DNA of 64,000 nt from assembly GCA_963705305.1 (NCBI GenBank), contig OY970067.1:2304001-2368000 (forward strand). Direction: 5' to 3'. The number at the start of each line of letters is the position of its first letter. Position 1 is the stretch's first letter. The notes under the pieces were generated by a model that saw only the letters and a program-made list of their open reading frames with translations, did not search any database and was not told the origin of the DNA. The position numbers and the translations under genes are program-made. Below are positions 47,277 to 57,880 of the stretch, piece after piece. Source of the DNA: an uncultured Methylomirabilota bacterium. Lineage in GTDB: Bacteria; Methylomirabilota; Methylomirabilia; Methylomirabilales; 2-02-FULL-66-22.

Positions 47277-48293
47277 ATGCTCACTCGACGTGCGTTCCTG
47301 ATTCGGTCGACAGCCGCCGGCCTTGGCGCCGCGGTTCTGGGGACCACACGAAGCGGACGCGCCGCGGAGGTCCGGACGTTCACCTTCGGTCACGACCAGC
47401 CCGCCGGCACCGCCTACACCGTCTGCGCGCAACTGCTCGACAAGAAGCTGTCGGATCTGAGCGGGGGCACCCTGCGGGTCAAGGAGTTTGGCAACGGCGC
47501 GCTGGGGCAGGAGCCCGAGATGGCGCAGAAAGTGCGCCAGGGCGACATCGACTTTGCCATCAACTCCACCGCCAACACCTCGGCCACCGTGCCGCAATCG
47601 GGGGTGTTCTCCCTGCATTTCATCTTCCAGGACGAGGCGCACCTCGCCAAGGCCGTGAGCGACCCCACCATCAATGCGACCTTTAAGAAAATGATCACGG
47701 ACAATGTGACGGGGGCGTTCTCGCTGGGGCTGATGAGTCTGGGCATGCGGAACATGTACGCGAAGTTCGCCATCGGAGGGCTAGCCGATGTGACGGGGAA
47801 AAAGGTGCGGGTCCAGGCCACCAAGACCGAGGACACCTTCTTCGGTCAGGCGTACAAGGCGATCCCGGTGCACATGCCCTTCGGACAGGTCTTCACGTCC
47901 CTCGAGACCGGCCTCGTGCAGATTGCGGAGAACGGCAACGACAACTACCTCAAGGCGAAACACTACGAGGCCGCGCCCGTCCTGAACAAGACCGAGCACG
48001 AGGCGAACAATTTCCACCTGTGGATGAGCCAGAAGACGTGGGGCAGCCTCAATGATCAGCAGCGGAAGTGGGTTGTCGAGGCTGCCGAGTACGCTCGGCC
48101 GCTGGCGACGCAAAGGGCCCTCGAGCTGGGCTCGGCGGCCGTGAAGACACTCCAGGGCCTCGGGGTGAAGTGGAACGACCAGGTGGACAAGAAGAGCATG
48201 GTGACCGTGGCCACGCCTTTCCAGGATTCCCTGGCGAAGGAATTGGGCCCCTATTCGGTGCAGCTTCTCAGCCTGGTTCGGAACCTGAAATAA
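47277..48293 (+). CDS. dctP: TRAP transporter substrate-binding protein, Tat-exported
   Basis: TRRAFL signal, GALGQE, GMR, GKKVRV, VFTSLETGLV..AEN. Confidence 0.92.
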   Translation: MLTRRAFLIRSTAAGLGAAVLGTTRSGRAAEVRTFTFGHDQPAGTAYTVCAQLLDKKLSDLSGGTLRVKEFGNGALGQEPEMAQKVRQGDIDFAINSTANTSATVPQSGVFSLHFIFQDEAHLAKAVSDPTINATFKKMITDNVTGAFSLGLMSLGMRNMYAKFAIGGLADVTGKKVRVQATKTEDTFFGQAYKAIPVHMPFGQVFTSLETGLVQIAENGNDNYLKAKHYEAAPVLNKTEHEANNFHLWMSQKTWGSLNDQQRKWVVEAAEYARPLATQRALELGSAAVKTLQGLGVKWNDQVDKKSMVTVATPFQDSLAKELGPYSVQLLSLVRNLK

Positions 48294-48294
48294 G

Positions 48295-48882
48295 ATGGCG
48301 ACCGTCGGCAACGGGGAAACTTCCGGGGCGCCGAAGCCCCGCGTGACGGTGAAGGCGTTTCGGCACCTGAAGTGGCCCGTGCTCGATCCGCTCGAGCGGG
48401 GGCTCATGGTCCTGTGCGCGCTGCTGCTGCTCGGCTTCACGCTGGTCGAACTGGCAGACGTCACGCTTCGGACCCTGCATCGCCCCTGGCTGGATGCAGC
48501 CGAGTTTGCCAGCGGATTCTTCACCTGGGGTGTGTTCCTGGGCATGGGAGTGGCTGTACGGCGGGACCAGCACTTCCGGCTGACCGCCGTCAGCCAATCC
48601 CTCCACGGCACGAAGCGGCTCCTGATCGAAATCGCCAATCGCCTGGTGGTCCTGGGAGTGGCCGCCTGCATGATGGTGTTTGGATACAAGAATTACCTGG
48701 ACAGCTTCGGGACGTTCCTGATGCCTTCGATCACCCCCATCGCCGTGCTGACTGCGGCGATCCCCACCGCGGGCGGGCTCATCGCCCTGTTCGTGATCGA
48801 AGAGCTCATCAACGGATGGCGCCGCGGCTTCGAGCCCCCGGAGGGGGCGCAGGCCGGACCCGGCCCCGTTCCGGTTCTCTGA
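48295..48882 (+). CDS. dctQ: TRAP transporter small permease
   Basis: Four TMs, DVTLR, EFA...W..FLG, RRDQHF. Confidence 0.88.
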   Translation: MATVGNGETSGAPKPRVTVKAFRHLKWPVLDPLERGLMVLCALLLLGFTLVELADVTLRTLHRPWLDAAEFASGFFTWGVFLGMGVAVRRDQHFRLTAVSQSLHGTKRLLIEIANRLVVLGVAACMMVFGYKNYLDSFGTFLMPSITPIAVLTAAIPTAGGLIALFVIEELINGWRRGFEPPEGAQAGPGPVPVL

Positions 48883-48895
48883 AAGCGGATCGGGT

Positions 48896-50248
48896 ATGGA
48901 TCACAATTCGATTGCCCTGATTGTGATGGTGACGGTGTTCCTGTATCTCGGATACCAGGGGGTTCCCGTCGCCTTCTCCCTGTGCAGCGGCGCGATCGTC
49001 GCCACGGCCTTTTTCACGCCGATCTCGCTGCCCTCCATCATGGGCGAGCTGTTCAACGGCATCAACAAACTCGAATTCCTGGCCATCCCGTTCTTCCTCC
49101 TGGCCGGGGACGTCATGACGCAGGCCAACGTCACCGAGAATCTCATCCGGTTCGCCCAGGTGCTCGTGGGTCATTTCCGCAGCGGGCTCGCCCACGTGGT
49201 CAGCGTCTCCAGCATGATCTTCGCCGGGATCTCCGGCTCCATGACGGCCGACACCGCGGCCATCAGCACGGTCGTGATGCCGTACATGGAGAAGGAGGGG
49301 TATCCGCCGGCCTTCTCGGCGGCGCTCGTCGCCGCCGCGTCGACGATTGCCGCGATGGTCCCGCCCAGCATCATGGCCATCGTGTACGGGGCGGTGGGCA
49401 ACGTGTCCATCACCGGGCTGTTCCTGGGGGGAGCCGTGCCGGGCTTCATGGTCGGCATCGGCCTGATGACGTACAGTTACTTCTTCGGTCCACCCGGGAT
49501 TAAGAAGCGGCGTGCGACCCTCGGCGAAATCGGGATCGCGGCGCGGGCGGCGATCCTCCCGTTGATGATTCCCATCATCATCGTGGGGGGGGTGGTGAGC
49601 GGCATCTTCACGCCCGCCGAGGCGGGCATGGTGGCTGTCACGTACATCCTGGTCGTGCTCCTGCCCATATTGAACCGCCGGCACATCCGGAGCCTGCCCC
49701 GCGATTTCATGGAGGCGGCGGTGCTGTATTCCCTCCCCATGTCCGCGGTGGCGGCCGCCTCGACCGTCGGGTGGCTGATTGCCTACCTGGGGGGCCCGGA
49801 CATCGTGGACGGCTGGATCATGGCGGCATCCGGGGGGAACCGGATCATCATCATGTATCTCTTGGTGCTCGCCCTGACCATCGCGGGCGACTTCCTGGAT
49901 GGCGTTCCGGCGATCGCGATCTTCATGCCCATCATCGCCTCGTTGGAGAAGGTGGCGCATATCCATCCCGTGCACATGGGAGTGCTCATCATCGTGAGCT
50001 TGGCCTTCGGCCTGATCACCCCCCCGTACGGGCTCATCCTTCTCCTGTCTTCCACGCTGGCCGGGGTGTCGTTCCTCAAGGCCCTGCGGCAATCCGTCCC
50101 CTTGTACGGCGTATATTTCCTGGTGATCACGCTGATCATCATCTTTCCCGACGTTGCCCTCTGGCTGCCTCGGCACGTACTTCCCCAGTCGGTGGGCTGC
50201 TTCCCGAATCCGAGCGGGGCCGGGTACATCTGTCCGCCCATCCAGTAA
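48896..50248 (+). CDS. dctM: TRAP transporter large permease
   Basis: LAIPFFLLAGDVM, FAGISGSMTAD, MVPPSI, GIFTPAE, GLITPPYG. Confidence 0.93.
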   Translation: MDHNSIALIVMVTVFLYLGYQGVPVAFSLCSGAIVATAFFTPISLPSIMGELFNGINKLEFLAIPFFLLAGDVMTQANVTENLIRFAQVLVGHFRSGLAHVVSVSSMIFAGISGSMTADTAAISTVVMPYMEKEGYPPAFSAALVAAASTIAAMVPPSIMAIVYGAVGNVSITGLFLGGAVPGFMVGIGLMTYSYFFGPPGIKKRRATLGEIGIAARAAILPLMIPIIIVGGVVSGIFTPAEAGMVAVTYILVVLLPILNRRHIRSLPRDFMEAAVLYSLPMSAVAAASTVGWLIAYLGGPDIVDGWIMAASGGNRIIIMYLLVLALTIAGDFLDGVPAIAIFMPIIASLEKVAHIHPVHMGVLIIVSLAFGLITPPYGLILLLSSTLAGVSFLKALRQSVPLYGVYFLVITLIIIFPDVALWLPRHVLPQSVGCFPNPSGAGYICPPIQ

Positions 50249-50286
50249 GAGCGGAGCCCCGGGACGAGCGCTCGCAACGGCCTCGG

Positions 50287-50994
50287 TCAGCCCCGGCCGG
50301 TCCAGGCGAATCCCGCCAGCAGCACCGCCACGATGCCGGTCAGGAAGACGCCGTCGAAAGTCCCCGCACCCCCGATGGAGGCCACGGGAGCGTTCAGCGC
50401 CTGGACGGATCCAAGATTCAAGAGATCGGCTCCGATGAGGGTTCCCAACGTCCCGGAGATATAGGCGGTCCGCGGGGTGGCGCGCCGGTCCAGCAGGATG
50501 GCCGCCCCGGCGGCCGTCAGGGCGGGGAGCAGCGGCGGCAGGGTGACCCCCACGCCGGCCACGGGCTGTGCCAGGAGGTGGGTCGCCACCGTCACCACGC
50601 CCAGGGCCAGCAGCAGGCGCCGGTTGGCGCCGTAGCGGGCCAGCAGGTACGTGCAGAGGAGGACGGGAATCACGGCGCCCCCCACGTTCACCGCGATGAT
50701 GGTGCGCTGGTGATCCACGACGCTGGGCACGACGTACTGCATGCCGAAGAGCTGGATGACCTGGGCCTCCACCACGCGCTGGGCCGGGATCTCGGCGACG
50801 GGGATGTTGATGGCGCTCCCCAGGAGGGAGGCGAACAATATCGCAAGGGCGGCCCGATGGCTCAGCCCCAGCCGTTCGTAGGCGTAATCGATCAGGTGGA
50901 ACACCAGCAGGAGCAGCAGGAAGCCCAGCAACAGGAAGAAGAAGAGCGTGTACAGCGGCGGGTGCGGGAAGAAGTGCAGCTCGTACGGATGCAT
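50287..50994 (-). CDS. DUF1614 family membrane protein
   Basis: LLGSAINIP, IAVNVGGAVIP, AYISGTLGTLIGADLLNL, SIGGAGTFDGVFL. Confidence 0.88.
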   Translation of the reverse strand: MHPYELHFFPHPPLYTLFFFLLLGFLLLLLVFHLIDYAYERLGLSHRAALAILFASLLGSAINIPVAEIPAQRVVEAQVIQLFGMQYVVPSVVDHQRTIIAVNVGGAVIPVLLCTYLLARYGANRRLLLALGVVTVATHLLAQPVAGVGVTLPPLLPALTAAGAAILLDRRATPRTAYISGTLGTLIGADLLNLGSVQALNAPVASIGGAGTFDGVFLTGIVAVLLAGFAWTGRG

Positions 50995-51039
50995 GGCGCC
51001 TCCGCGTGTCCGACCCCGGACAGAGCCGGGTGATGCCGC

Positions 51040-51480
51040 CTAGCCGACCCCGCCGAAGAGGCCGAACAGCAGCACCGAGAACACGATCAGCGTGATGGCG
51101 ACGTACAGCCGGTCGCGCTGCTCCAGAAAGAAGAAGACGGAGAGTGCGACGCGGATGACCGGGGTGGCGATGAGCAGGAGGATGCCCAGACCGATGATGG
51201 CGTACGGCTTCCCCGCTGCCGCGCCGCTGAGGACGGCGGCCAGCGAGGAGGGAAAGTAGCCGGGACCGCGGTCCTGCCGGTAGGCGATCAGATCGGACAG
51301 ATGGTGGGGGAGCACCGGGGCATAGCCGGTGTTGTGGTTGAGGGCGAACAGCGCGATCCCGGTCAGGATCACCGCCGCGCTCAGCAGGACCCCGATCAGC
51401 AGGGTGTGGCTGATCACCAGCTCCATGCGGGTGAGTTTCTCCAGGCCCTCGTGGTCGGATCCGTTCGGCGCCGGCGTCAT
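51040..51480 (-). CDS. DUF1634 family membrane protein
   Basis: ISHTLLIGVLLS, LGILLLIATPVIRV, RDRLY; overlaps the TSUP stop. Confidence 0.88.
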   Translation of the reverse strand: MTPAPNGSDHEGLEKLTRMELVISHTLLIGVLLSAAVILTGIALFALNHNTGYAPVLPHHLSDLIAYRQDRGPGYFPSSLAAVLSGAAAGKPYAIIGLGILLLIATPVIRVALSVFFFLEQRDRLYVAITLIVFSVLLFGLFGGVG

Positions 51481-52325
51481 CGGATCGTCCCCGCCAGGCC
51501 CCGCCAGATCATCTGGAAAGCTACGATGGCCAGCACGACGACAAAGATGCGCCGGATCGCCCGGCCGGGCAGGTGGCGCAGCAGGTGGGTTCCGGCGATG
51601 GTCCCCGACAGGATGCCAAGGGTGACGGGGGCGGCGATGAAGGGATTGATGTCGCCCCGGGTGAAGTAGACGCCGGCGCTGGCCGCGGCCGTCACCCCGA
51701 TCATGAAGTTGGCGGTGGTGGTGGAGACCTTCAGCGGGGCCTTCATCATCATGTCCATGGCCAGGACCTTGAAGACCCCGGCCCCGATCCCCAGCAGGCC
51801 GGAGATCAGGCCGGCCATCCACATCATCCCGAACCCCTGAGGGACCCCCGTGATCTGGTACTCCACCCGCCGCTTGAGCGCCGGGTCGTAGTAGGCCCCC
51901 GGCAGGCGCAGCCGCGCCGCCAGCGAACTGGTCACCACGCCCGTGGGGACGTCCTGGTGGGGGGTGCGCAGCAGGCTCCAGACCGCGTAGGCCAGCATGA
52001 GGCCGAAGATGATCGACAGCACCCGGCCCGGCAGAAGTCCGGCCAGATAGGCCCCCGTCACCGCCCCGGTGGTCGTGGCCACCTCCAGAAACATCCCCAT
52101 GCGCAGGTTCGTGATCTTGTCCCTCACGTAGCTGGCCGCGGCGCCGCTGGAGACGGCGATGGCGGCGACAATGCTGGCCCCGATGGCATAGTGGAAGTTC
52201 AGGCCGACCAGGAGGGTGAGGGTCGGGACGACGATCACGCCGCCTCCCAGTCCCAAGAGGGCGCCCAGCACGCCCGCCCCCAGCGACGCGCCGAACAGCA
52301 GCAGGAAGAAGGTCAGCGGTTCCAT
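51477..52325 (-). CDS. TauE/SafE (TSUP) family exporter
   Basis: GALLGLGGGVIVVP, GMFLEVATTTGA, SGLLGIGAG, KVSTTTANFMIGVTAA. Confidence 0.92.
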   Translation of the reverse strand: MEPLTFFLLLFGASLGAGVLGALLGLGGGVIVVPTLTLLVGLNFHYAIGASIVAAIAVSSGAAASYVRDKITNLRMGMFLEVATTTGAVTGAYLAGLLPGRVLSIIFGLMLAYAVWSLLRTPHQDVPTGVVTSSLAARLRLPGAYYDPALKRRVEYQITGVPQGFGMMWMAGLISGLLGIGAGVFKVLAMDMMMKAPLKVSTTTANFMIGVTAAASAGVYFTRGDINPFIAAPVTLGILSGTIAGTHLLRHLPGRAIRRIFVVVLAIVAFQMIWRGLAGTIR

Positions 52326-52419
52326 GGATGCAGGATCCCTTCCCTCCCTCGGAGGGATGCGATGGCCGGTTGCGAGGCCCGCCGCGCCGCCGCGGCCTGC
52401 CCGGTGCGGGCGCCCATCC

Positions 52420-53103
52420 TCACCCGCGGCGCTGGCGAATCTCGACCCCGCCGGAGCCGCCGATGATCACCCGGTCCGCGACCTTCAGAAACAGACCCGT
52501 TCCCACGACGCCGGCCCGCTGCAAGAGGCTGGCCTCCAGGGCGGCCGGATCCCGGATCTCGCCAAAGCGGCAGTGGAGGATGTAGTTGCCCTCGTCGGTG
52601 ACAAACGGCCGGCCGTCGGCCTGGGTGCGCAGCTCGGGTCGGCCCCCCAGGGATTCCACGAAGGCGAGGTGGGTGCGCCAGCCGAAGGGCACGACCTCCA
52701 CCGGGAGGGGCGCCTTGCTTCCCAGGCAGGGCACCAGCTTGGAGTCGTCCACCAGAATGGCCACTTGGCGGGAGGCAGTGGCGACGATCTTCTCCCAGAG
52801 GAGCGCCCCGCCCAGGCCTTTGATCAGGTTCAGGTCGGGGTCCACCTCGTCGGCCCCGTCCAGATTCAGGTCCAGGACGGGGTGGGCATCCAGTGTGGTC
52901 AGCGGGATCCCCGCCTCCTTCGCCACCGCGGCGATGGCGCTGGACGATGGCACCCCGCTGACGTCCCGGAGGCCGCCATCCAGCAGTCGCCGGCCGATGG
53001 CCTGGACCGCGAGGGTGGCGGTCGAGCCACTGCCCAGTCCCAACACCATGCCGGATTCCACCAGGCTAGCGCCGCGCTCTGCGGCCAGTTGTTTCGGATT
53101 CAC
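52420..53103 (-). CDS. rpiA: Ribose-5-phosphate isomerase A
   Basis: GLGSGST, DGADEVD, LIKGLGGALLWEKIV, PVEV, TDEGNYI. Confidence 0.95.
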   Translation of the reverse strand: MNPKQLAAERGASLVESGMVLGLGSGSTATLAVQAIGRRLLDGGLRDVSGVPSSSAIAAVAKEAGIPLTTLDAHPVLDLNLDGADEVDPDLNLIKGLGGALLWEKIVATASRQVAILVDDSKLVPCLGSKAPLPVEVVPFGWRTHLAFVESLGGRPELRTQADGRPFVTDEGNYILHCRFGEIRDPAALEASLLQRAGVVGTGLFLKVADRVIIGGSGGVEIRQRRG

Positions 53104-53116
53104 GGCTCCGGTCCTT

Positions 53117-53866
53117 TCAGTGGGAGTGAGTGAGGCGGGCGGCTGCCTCCCGGTCGAGCAGCCATTCCACGCGTCCTTCCGTCGGCGCCACGAGCTGGGC
53201 GGGGAGCCGACCGGGATCCCGCGGCCCCTCCAGCACGGCCTGCACGACCGGGGCCTTGTCGGCCCCGGTGACCAGGAAGAGGACATGGCGGGCGGCATTG
53301 ATCACCGGCAGGGTGAGGGTCAGCCGCCAGGCCTGAAGCTGTTCCACCCAGGCGGGACGCACCCAGGAGCGCGCCTCTCGCAGGACGGCCGTGCCGGGAA
53401 AGAGCGAGGCTGTGTGCCCGTCCGGCCCCAGGCCGAGAAGCACCAGGTCCAGCCGCGGCGGCCGATCCCCCAGCGGGCGGAGCGTCGTCCGCAGGACGGC
53501 CTCGTACTCCCGGGCGGCGGTCTCGGGGTCTTCCAGCTCGCCGCGCAGCCGGTGAATATTCGCCAGCGGAACGGGTACCCGGGAAAGCAGAACCTCGCGC
53601 GCCATGCGAAAGTTGCTGTCGGGGTGGTCCGGGGGAACGCAGCGCTCGTCTCCCCAAAAGATTTCCAGCCGGGACCAGTCCACCGCCTCGCGGCAGGGAG
53701 GCTCCGCTAAGCGGGCATAGGCCTCGCGGGGGGTGCGTCCACCGGCCAGGGCCACCGCCGCCCGGCCCCGCGCGGCAACGGCCGCCTGCATCACCGACAC
53801 GATCCGCGCCGCCGCGGCCGCGGGTGTTTCGACGATAGTCCATTGGAGGGGCCGGTCGGATGCGAT
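53117..53866 (-). CDS. pgl: 6-phosphogluconolactonase (apparent ATC start)
   Basis: ALAGGRTP, FWGDERCVPPDHPDSN, LLGLGPDGHTASLFP, RLTLT; the RBS GGGGGA is followed by ATC, not ATG. Confidence 0.9.
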   Translation of the reverse strand: MASDRPLQWTIVETPAAAAARIVSVMQAAVAARGRAAVALAGGRTPREAYARLAEPPCREAVDWSRLEIFWGDERCVPPDHPDSNFRMAREVLLSRVPVPLANIHRLRGELEDPETAAREYEAVLRTTLRPLGDRPPRLDLVLLGLGPDGHTASLFPGTAVLREARSWVRPAWVEQLQAWRLTLTLPVINAARHVLFLVTGADKAPVVQAVLEGPRDPGRLPAQLVAPTEGRVEWLLDREAAARLTHSH

Positions 53867-53928
53867 GGTGTCCCCCGCCGTTCGCCGACGGCCGCCCCCG
53901 GTCGAGAAGAGCCGTCGGCCGCGTCCGC

Positions 53929-55659
53929 TCAGAGCTCGCCGGCGGCCTTGACCACCTGCCGGAGGCCCGCCTTGACGGGTCCCGTGATGTGCAAGCGCAG
54001 GACCCGGCGCCCGTGGCTCTGCAGGGACGCGAGATCCCCCAGCGCCTGCGCCGCCTTCATCGTCCCGAAGGAATAGGGCTCGCCGGGAATAGGCAGGTCG
54101 ACCGGCTCTTCCCCTGTGAACTGGAGGAAGATGCCGTGGTCGCCACCCCCCTTGTGCAGCTGCCCGGTGGAATGCAGGTAGCGGGGGCCGTACCCCAGGG
54201 TCGTGGCCGTCCGATACCGATTGCGGATCGCGAGGCGGATGGCGGCCAGCAGTTCGGCATTGCCGGCCATCCCGGGCAGGTAGGAGAGAAGGGCCACGTA
54301 CTCGTTCACCTTGCGGTGCCCCAGGTAGGTCCGGAGCGCCTCCGCGAGGCTCTGGGCCCCCTTCAGGCTCGTCGCTGCCGCTGCATCGCCGTAAAGGCAC
54401 ACCGCGTCCGCCTTGAGCAACGGTTGACTCTCGGGGAGATGGCCCTTGGCCTTGAACTCCTCCAGGAGGCGGCGGGTGTTGTCCTTGCTTTCTTGGACGT
54501 TGGGCTGGTCGAAAGGATTGACGCCCAGCACGGCGCCGGCAAGGGCGGTGGCCACCTCCCACCGGAAGAACTCGGCCCCCAGATCGTATCGATCCTTCAG
54601 CAGGATCGTCACCACCGGATGCCCCGCCTGTTCGAGCGTCCGGATGGACTGATCCCGGGTATGATCCTGCGACTCCTGGAGCTTGGCGTAGACGAACAGC
54701 CGGTCCCCCCGATACGCGGCGGGGTCGGGGACCCCTTCCCCTTCCACCGGCACGATCCCGGTGCCATCCTTGCCCGTGCTCTCGGCGATGAGCTGCTCGA
54801 CCCAGGTGCCGAATGAGGCGATCTCGGGGGAACAGATGAAAGTCAGCTTGTCCCGTCCGGCCTTGGCCAGGGTACCGATGACAGCACCCAGCCAGGCGCC
54901 CGGGTTCTCCTGGAGCGGAACCGCGGCTCCGCAGGCCTGGGCCATGTGGTCGGCGCGCTCCAGCAGGCGGGGCGCGTCCACACCCATCAGGGCTGCGGGC
55001 AGCATGCCGAACAGCGACAGGGCGGAATAGCGCCCGCCGATGTCCGCCGCGTTGAGAAAGATGCGTCGGAAGCCCGCCTTGGCCCCGGCCCGCTCCAGCG
55101 GCGTTCCGGGGTCCGTGATGGCGACGAATTGCTGGCCGGCCCGGTCACCCAGGAGCGCCTTTACCTTGGCGAAGAAATACCGGCTGAAGGCGGCGATCTC
55201 CGGGGTGGTTCCGGACTTGCTGGCCACGATGACCAGCGTGTGGGCCAGATCCAGCGACCAATCCAGGGGCTGGATCGTGGAGGGATCGGTTGAGTCCAGG
55301 ACGGTCAGACGAAGATGGCCGGCTCCCTGGCCGAAGGTGAGCCGCAGAACATCGGGGCAGAGACTGCTGCCTCCCATCCCCAGGAGCAGGGCGTCCGTGA
55401 TACCCGCCCGCCCGACCTCCGTGGCGAAGGCGGCCAGGTCGGCGGCCTGCTGGCGGGAGGTCTCCATGACGGTGAGCCACCCCAAGCTGTTCTTGATGAC
55501 CGCCTGGTGCGCGGGCTCCGCCTTCCAGAGGGCCGCATCCTTGGCCCAGAGCCGCGACACAGCCTGCCGCTCGGTGAGGTCCGCGAAGGCGGCCGACAGC
55601 GGAACGGCATAGGCGTCCAGGCCGACCGCGTGAAGCCCCGACGGGCTCTTGATGTTCAT
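53929..55659 (-). CDS. pgi: Glucose-6-phosphate isomerase (Tal-Pgi type, PGI part only)
   Basis: GMGGSSL, ASKSGTTPE, IGGRYSALS, EQLIAESTGK, NPFDQPNVQESK, GYGPRYLHSTGQLHKGG. Confidence 0.9.
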   Translation of the reverse strand: MNIKSPSGLHAVGLDAYAVPLSAAFADLTERQAVSRLWAKDAALWKAEPAHQAVIKNSLGWLTVMETSRQQAADLAAFATEVGRAGITDALLLGMGGSSLCPDVLRLTFGQGAGHLRLTVLDSTDPSTIQPLDWSLDLAHTLVIVASKSGTTPEIAAFSRYFFAKVKALLGDRAGQQFVAITDPGTPLERAGAKAGFRRIFLNAADIGGRYSALSLFGMLPAALMGVDAPRLLERADHMAQACGAAVPLQENPGAWLGAVIGTLAKAGRDKLTFICSPEIASFGTWVEQLIAESTGKDGTGIVPVEGEGVPDPAAYRGDRLFVYAKLQESQDHTRDQSIRTLEQAGHPVVTILLKDRYDLGAEFFRWEVATALAGAVLGVNPFDQPNVQESKDNTRRLLEEFKAKGHLPESQPLLKADAVCLYGDAAAATSLKGAQSLAEALRTYLGHRKVNEYVALLSYLPGMAGNAELLAAIRLAIRNRYRTATTLGYGPRYLHSTGQLHKGGGDHGIFLQFTGEEPVDLPIPGEPYSFGTMKAAQALGDLASLQSHGRRVLRLHITGPVKAGLRQVVKAAGEL

Positions 55660-55756
55660 GACGCATCCCCCCAGGATAGCCGGGCAGCGCGCCGGTCGGA
55701 GGGCCCGCCGTGTCCGAACTGGACGGGCGGACGTGCGACCGGCGGACTGCCGCGCC

Positions 55757-57763
55757 TCATCGCTTCAGGATCGCCAGGGCACGAGCAGCCACGTTCTCGG
55801 GCGTGAACCCGAACTGCTCGAAAAGCACCTTGGCGGGCGCCGATGCGCCGAAACGGGTCATTCCTACGATACCGCCCCCGGTCCCGACGTACTTGTCCCA
55901 GCCCAACGGGACTCCCGCCTCCACGGCCACCCGGGCGGTGACGGTCGGGGGCAGGACGCTCTCACGATACGACCGGGGCTGGCGATCGAAGAATTCCCAG
56001 CAGGGCATGCTCACCACGCGGGCCGCCACCTGCTTGTCCGCCAGCAGTTGCCGGGCGCCCAGCGCCACCGGGACTTCGGAGCCGGTGGCGATCAGAATTA
56101 CGTCCGGGCTGCCGTCCGGGGCATCGGCCAGCACGTAGGCGCCGCGCTCGACGCCGCCGGCCTGGAGCTCCGTCCGGTCCAGGATGGGCAGTGCCTGCCG
56201 GGTCAGGACCAGACAGGTGGGGCCAGGGTTGGCGAGGGCGGCCCGCCAGGCCTCCACCGTCTCGGTGGCGTCGGCCGGCCGGATCACCGTCAGTCCGGGA
56301 ATGGCGCGCAGGGCCATCAGGTGCTCGACGGGCTGGTGGGTCGGCCCGTCCTCCCCGAGGCCGATGCTGTCGTGGGTGAAGAGGAAGATCACCGGGATTT
56401 CCATGAGGGCGGCCAGACGGATGGCCGGGCGCATGTAGTCGGAGAAGATCAGGAAGGTCCCCGTGTACGGCCGGAGGCCGCCGTGAACCATCATTCCATT
56501 GGCGAGGGAGCCCATGGCATGCTCCCGGACGCCGAAATGGAAGTTGCGCCCGGCGGGCGAGCCCGCCGCGAAGACGCCCGCCTCCTTGACCAGGGTGTTG
56601 TTGGAGGGGGCCAAGTCGGCCGAGCCGCCCAGGAGGTTCGGGACCCTGGGAGAGAGCGCCTGCAGGACCCTGCCCGAGGCGGCTCGGGTGGCCAGCGGGG
56701 GGTCGCCGGGCGCGAAGCGCGGCAGGCCGGCGTCCCAGCCGGGGGGAAGCGCGCCGCTCGCACACTGGTCCCAGCGGGCGGCGTCCGCGGGGAAGGCTGC
56801 GCGATAGGCCTGCATCCGCTGGTCCCACTCGGCCCTCCAGGCGCGGCCCCGCTCCACGGCCCGACGGAACTCGCGCAGGGCCTCGTCCGGGATCAGGAAG
56901 GCCGGGGAGAGGGGCCAGCCCAGGCTCTCCTTGGTGAGCCTCACCTCGTCCTCGCCCAGCGGCTCGCCGTGGGCCTTGGACGAGTCCTGCTTGTTCGGGC
57001 TGCCGTAACCGATGTGGGTCCGGGCCAGGATGAGGGAAGGCCGCAGACTCTCCGCCTGGGCCGCCCGGATGGCGGCGTCGACGGCCGCCAGGTCGTTGCC
57101 GTCGGCCAACCGCTGGACGTGCCAGCCATAGGCCTCGAAGCGGCGGGCCACATCCTCGGTGAAGGCCAGGTCCGTGCTGCCGTCGATGGAGACATGGTTG
57201 TCGTCGTAGAGGTAGACGAGCTTCCCCAGCTTGAGATGGGCAGCCAGCGAGGCGGCTTCGGAGGCGACCCCCTCCATCAGATCGCCGTCGCTCACGATGG
57301 CATAGGTGTAGTGGTCCACGATGGCACGGCCGGGTCGATTGAACTGGGCCGCCAGCCAGCGCTCGGCAATGGCCATTCCCACGCCGTTGGCGAAGCCCTG
57401 GCCCAGGGGACCGGTGGTGGTCTCGATTCCCGGCGTGAGCCTGTATTCCGGATGGCCGGGGGCCTTGCTGTCCCACTGCCGGAAGCGCCGGATCTCGTCC
57501 AGGCTCAGGTCGTAGCCGGTCAGGTGGAGCAGGGCGTACTGGAGCATGCAGCCGTGGCCCGCGGAGAGGACGAAGCGGTCGCGATCCGGCCAGTGCGGAT
57601 CGGTCGGATCGTGTTTTCGGAAGCGCGTCCAGAGGACGTAGGCCATGGCCGCCGCCCCCATGGGCATCCCGGGATGGCCGGATTTGGCCTGCTGGACGGC
57701 ATCCACCGCCAGCATGCGAATCGTATTGATGCAGAGCTGGTCGAGGCGGTCCTGCTGCGTCAT
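55757..57763 (-). CDS. tkt: Transketolase
   Basis: [63 protein letters not shown]. Confidence 0.97.
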   Translation of the reverse strand: MTQQDRLDQLCINTIRMLAVDAVQQAKSGHPGMPMGAAAMAYVLWTRFRKHDPTDPHWPDRDRFVLSAGHGCMLQYALLHLTGYDLSLDEIRRFRQWDSKAPGHPEYRLTPGIETTTGPLGQGFANGVGMAIAERWLAAQFNRPGRAIVDHYTYAIVSDGDLMEGVASEAASLAAHLKLGKLVYLYDDNHVSIDGSTDLAFTEDVARRFEAYGWHVQRLADGNDLAAVDAAIRAAQAESLRPSLILARTHIGYGSPNKQDSSKAHGEPLGEDEVRLTKESLGWPLSPAFLIPDEALREFRRAVERGRAWRAEWDQRMQAYRAAFPADAARWDQCASGALPPGWDAGLPRFAPGDPPLATRAASGRVLQALSPRVPNLLGGSADLAPSNNTLVKEAGVFAAGSPAGRNFHFGVREHAMGSLANGMMVHGGLRPYTGTFLIFSDYMRPAIRLAALMEIPVIFLFTHDSIGLGEDGPTHQPVEHLMALRAIPGLTVIRPADATETVEAWRAALANPGPTCLVLTRQALPILDRTELQAGGVERGAYVLADAPDGSPDVILIATGSEVPVALGARQLLADKQVAARVVSMPCWEFFDRQPRSYRESVLPPTVTARVAVEAGVPLGWDKYVGTGGGIVGMTRFGASAPAKVLFEQFGFTPENVAARALAILKR

Positions 57764-57880
57764 CGGCACGCTCCTCTGGACGAATCCGCGTCGGGCGCCC
57801 GGCGGCATCGCCGCACGGACAGCCCCCCTAGCCTATCACATCAACCCCGGTGATGGCACCTGGAGCCGTCCTTCCCCCGG

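Noticed and set aside
2551..57853. Long antisense or alternate-frame ORFs (e.g. 2551-4656+, 4917-6689+, 29426-31459-, 32504-34144-, 55649-57853+)
   Set aside because: They are shadows of well-supported genes in GC-rich DNA; low-complexity translations with no motifs.
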